Origin: Mantamonas sphyraenae STR306 | Lineage: Eukaryota > Protista > CRuMs | Direction: 5' to 3' | NCBI GenBank assembly: GCA_026936335.1 | Contig: JAPMXV010000028.1 | Coordinates: 1 to 64,000 of the forward strand | Length of the DNA: 64,000 nt | Shown here: positions 60,801-64,000 of the stretch, piece by piece | Layout of the letters: each line of letters opens with the position of its first letter | How positions within the stretch are numbered: the stretch's first letter is position 1 | Made by a program: the position numbers and the translations under genes | Notes under the pieces: generated by a model | Databases searched by the model: none | What the model was told of the DNA's origin: nothing | Seen by the model: only the letters and a program-made list of their open reading frames with translations

Positions 60801-61753
60801 CCACGAAAAAATGCACTTCTGCCCGCTGCTACCCCGCTCACCACCTAGCTCCCTCATGCAACCCGTACACCCCATGCTCTGCCCACACCCTGCCTCCTCC
60901 CGAATCCGTCTCTTGTCCCCTCTGCCTCTGCCTCCTCCGCCTGCATTCGGCCCCGGACCGCTTCCTCCGCTACCTTACCCGGAAAGCGTTCTTGCGAAGG
61001 GCCATTCCTCACCAAACCCTGCCCCCACCGCACACGCACCCATGCACTCTCTCACACCTCGTACGCCATCCCATCCGATGCACACTGCACGTTGTACTGC
61101 CTCCGCATAAACCTACCATCCATCGTCGACTGGTAGTTGATGTACGCGTAGCCGAGAGAACGGCGCGTAATCGAGTCACGGCACACGCGAATGCTCTGCA
61201 CCGTGCCGGCCTGCGAAAACAGCTCAAAGAGAACTGCCTCCGTCACGTCCGGGTGCAGATCGCCCACGTACAGAGACGGAGACTGGAACTGCGACTGGCC
61301 CTGTTGACCCTGACCCTGCTGGGCCTGCGACTGCTGCTGCTTGCCTTCAGACGACATTCTTCTTGGTGTTGGTTGGTTTCTTGAAAGAAATAGGTTTTTG
61401 CTTTCTTGCCTAAGCACGGGGTTTGTTGGTGTGTTTGAGAGTACAGACTCGTTCAACAGTTGGTGTTTTGTCTTTCTTGGTGACGATCCGGCGTGCAAGC
61501 GAATCTCAAAAGAGACGGTTTTTTTTGTTTTTTTGATGCCCGCCCATGCGCAATGACAACCCTTCGTGTGGCCAAACCCGCTTTCAGGTCGCTTGCATTC
61601 AGTGTGCGGTGCTCTTCTGTGCACTGCGAAGCCAATCTCACACTCGGTGCGCCTTTCATTCCACTTTCTCACCCGCGGCCAGCCACCGTCTTCTGGTCCC
61701 CCTTGCATCCATCAACTCACAGCAGCACACACGACTTGGAGCCCTTGGCCGTT
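57866..61753 (-). repeat. Inverted segmental duplication, right arm
   Basis: Mirror of 49016-52911. Confidence 0.95.
58927..61357 (-). CDS. PABP: Cytoplasmic poly(A)-binding protein, copy 2 (same protein as copy 1)
   Basis: Same translation as 49413-51843; the coding differences seen are synonymous. Confidence 0.96.
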
Positions 61754-61796
61754 TCGGTCTTCTTGCCGTTGTCCTTAGGCGCGACGCTGTTACCAG

Positions 61797-61833
<37 letters not shown>

Positions 61834-64000
61834 GGCCGAGGTGTTCGTGCTGGGGGCCACCTTCTCCTCAGCCTGCGGCTTCTCTTGTGCCTCGGTCTTG
61901 GCAGAAGTAGTGTTGGAATTGGGCATGCTGGGCATGCTGGGAGTGCCGCCCGAGCTGCTGTTGGCGTTGGGCATGCTGGGCATGTTGCCGCTGCTCCCGC
62001 TCTTGTTTGCGCTGGGCATGCTGGGCATGCTGGGCGTGCTTCCATTGCCACCACTGCTGCTGTTGGCACTGGGCATGCTGGGCATACTGGGCGTGCTCCC
62101 GCCACCGGAATTGCTGTTGGCACTGGGCATGCTGGGCATGCTTGGTGAGCTCGGCTGCTGCTTGTCCGAACCAGGCATGCTGGGCATGCTGGGCTTCTTC
62201 TGGCTGTCATTGCTTCCACTGGCATTGGGCATGCTGGGCATGCTGGGCATACTGGGTGTGCTCGGCTGCTTGCTTGCGTTGGCGCTTGGCATGCTGGGCA
62301 TGCTGGGCGAACTTGGCTGCTTGTCACCAATGGACGGCAATGCTGTCTTGTCCAGCGGGTTGCCACCTGCAGAAGCCGACGATGACGATGACGAGCTGGA
62401 TGAGCCGTTGCTTCCTGCGTTGGGCAAAGACGGCAGCGAAGACGGCATGGAAGGAGTCGATGGTGTCTCGTCTGTTGACTTGCCACCGTCACTCATGCCG
62501 CTGCTGAACGGCGAGCTAGCTCCTCCGCGAGAGCCACTGCGCATGCGGTCGAACCCACTGGGCGTAGACGGACGTGGCGAGTCGATCTGGCTGGCTGCGT
62601 CCACGGGATGGCCCCACACTTCCACAACCAGCGCTGTGCTTTGCAGATACTTCTTGAACTCCTCTGTCACCGGATAGATGGAAAACTTTTGCGCAAAGTC
62701 AAACACGGGGTTGATCGTCTTCTCGTTGCAGCGTTCCGTGACAAACGGCTCTTCGCTCATGAAGAACTTGAACTGGCAGTACGTGCCAAAGCCCAGCTTC
62801 TTGGGCAGGCCTCGGCACGCAACCACGTGGATCACAAAGTCCATGCGCGTGCCCAGCTCTCCCCAGTCTTCGTCGTCCAGCTCGTCGCCGCGTTCGCCGT
62901 TGGGTCCAATCGGGTAGATTTCCACCTGCAGTTCGCCCTGTTGCTTGCCCGAGTAGTCCACAATTGGCGTTTGCAAATCAATGTCCACCGCGTACTCCAA
63001 ACCCTCCAGAAAGATTTGGGACTGGCCAATGAGCTGGTCTTCGGGTGGGTCCCAGAACGGATCGTCCTCTTGGTCCAGCTGGAAGTCGTTGCCCATTTCC
63101 AGAAACTCCGAGTACATCTCGCGAATGATGTACACACGGTTGATGAACTTGTCGTAGGGCCACGTGTGCACCGCGCTGCTCTCGTGCTCGTGCAGCAGCA
63201 TAGCCAGGTCCGACTCTTTCGTTTGCGACCCGCCTGCACCAGGCACCACCTTCACGATCATCTTCAGCTCAAAGTGGCAGTTCTTGCCCATTTCCTCCGC
63301 AATCGCGTTGGCTTCGTTGACCATGGGGATGGTCTTGATGAGCTTGTCCTCCAGCAGCTCCATGGCGCGTTGTTCCTTCTGCTTCTGGAACACATAGTCG
63401 TCGTGCTCAAACTTGATCTTCTCGTACTGATCCTTGAGCACCGTCAGCTGCGCTTCCATCTCTTCCTTCTTCGCTTCCATCTGGGCGACGGCCTCGTCGT
63501 GGGCTTTCTTGGCGTCCTGATCGTCTGGGTTGGCGTCCAGTGTGGCCTTGGTTGTTTCCACCTCGCTCTGCAGCAGATCCAGCGGACGTGCAAACGTGCT
63601 CTCCTCCCGCTTGATCTGCGTCTCCAGCTGGCGCATCTGCTGCTGCCAGCGGATAGTGCGTTCGTCCGAAAATGGGCCATCATGCTTGGTAACTCCCAGG
63701 GAGCTCATTTGTGCCGCGTTGAGCTCCTTGGCCGCAAAGGAAAAGTCCACCAGGTCGTTTCCCAGCAGAGCACCGGCCTCCTCGGGGTGTTCGGCCAGGT
63801 ACTTTTCCTTTTCGGCGCGGATGCGCGCTGCCTCTTCGGGCACGTTGTAGCGGAAGAAGTGGTTGTTGCCCATCACGATGCGGTCACTGTGTTGCAGCAC
63901 CACTGGGTTCTTCACCTTGATGCCGTTGACAAACGTGGGTCCTTCCACGGGTGTGAGCGTGGTGGCGCCTTCGGGCTCGCGCAGGATATCGCAATGCACC
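61717..64000 (-). CDS. Kinesin-3 family (KIF28/KIF13-like) C-terminal part: FHA, coiled coil, C2, PSM repeats, CaaX; 5' end outside window
   Basis: LQHSDRIVMGNNHFFRY (FHA), EANAIAEEM, WPYDKFINRVYIIREMY, EDDPFWDPPEDQLIG, C2-like domain; ends SKSCVLL*. The motor domain is not in the window. Confidence 0.8.
61915..62320 (-). repeat. Coding minisatellite, (S/T)PSMPSMPSAN repeats
   Basis: Repeated GGGCATGCT 9-mers on the plus strand in about 7 blocks. Confidence 0.9.

Noticed and set aside
1-64000. Alternative genetic code, CRISPR arrays, tRNA or rRNA genes
   Set aside because: TAA (PABP, MMAA), TAG (TAM41) and TGA (USP7, TCP1) all end conserved proteins at the expected places; no repeat-spacer array or recognisable structural RNA gene was seen.

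Overview
Left end of a gene-dense, GC-rich chromosome from a flagellated eukaryote (probably a protist; lineage not identifiable from this window). It opens with (CCCTAA)n telomere repeats. Introns are canonical GT-AG, often with CTGAC/CTAAC branch sites, and TAA, TAG and TGA all serve as stops. Gene order: a spliced telomere-abutting orphan with a 4x repeated unknown domain, CHO2-type phospholipid methyltransferase, coiled-coil protein, NOP58, CCT1/TCP1, secreted tocopherol-cyclase-like protein, axonemal dynein heavy chain (DNAH10-like), SQ-rich GATA-finger + tandem-BRCT protein, two orphans (one a secreted poly-Arg precursor), four PROPPIN (ATG18/WIPI) paralogs interleaved with a small 2-TM protein and TAM41, a CRT-like transporter, USP7, two inverted PABP copies enclosing MPPE1/PILS/thioredoxin/MMAA, and the 3' part of a kinesin-3 ending in a CaaX box. 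Most notable observations: (1) a 3.9-kb inverted duplication whose two arms each carry the orphan tail of a different neighbouring gene, implying an inversion or flip-flop segment; (2) a C/G skew that follows the chromosome strand rather than gene orientation and dictates synonymous codon choice; (3) several reading-frame shifts, two at an AG-AAA-GT context, which may be recoding or assembly errors; (4) co-clustering of anciently diverged PROPPIN subfamilies; (5) extremely short head-to-head intergenic regions. Exon boundaries were read by eye and may be off by a few bases.
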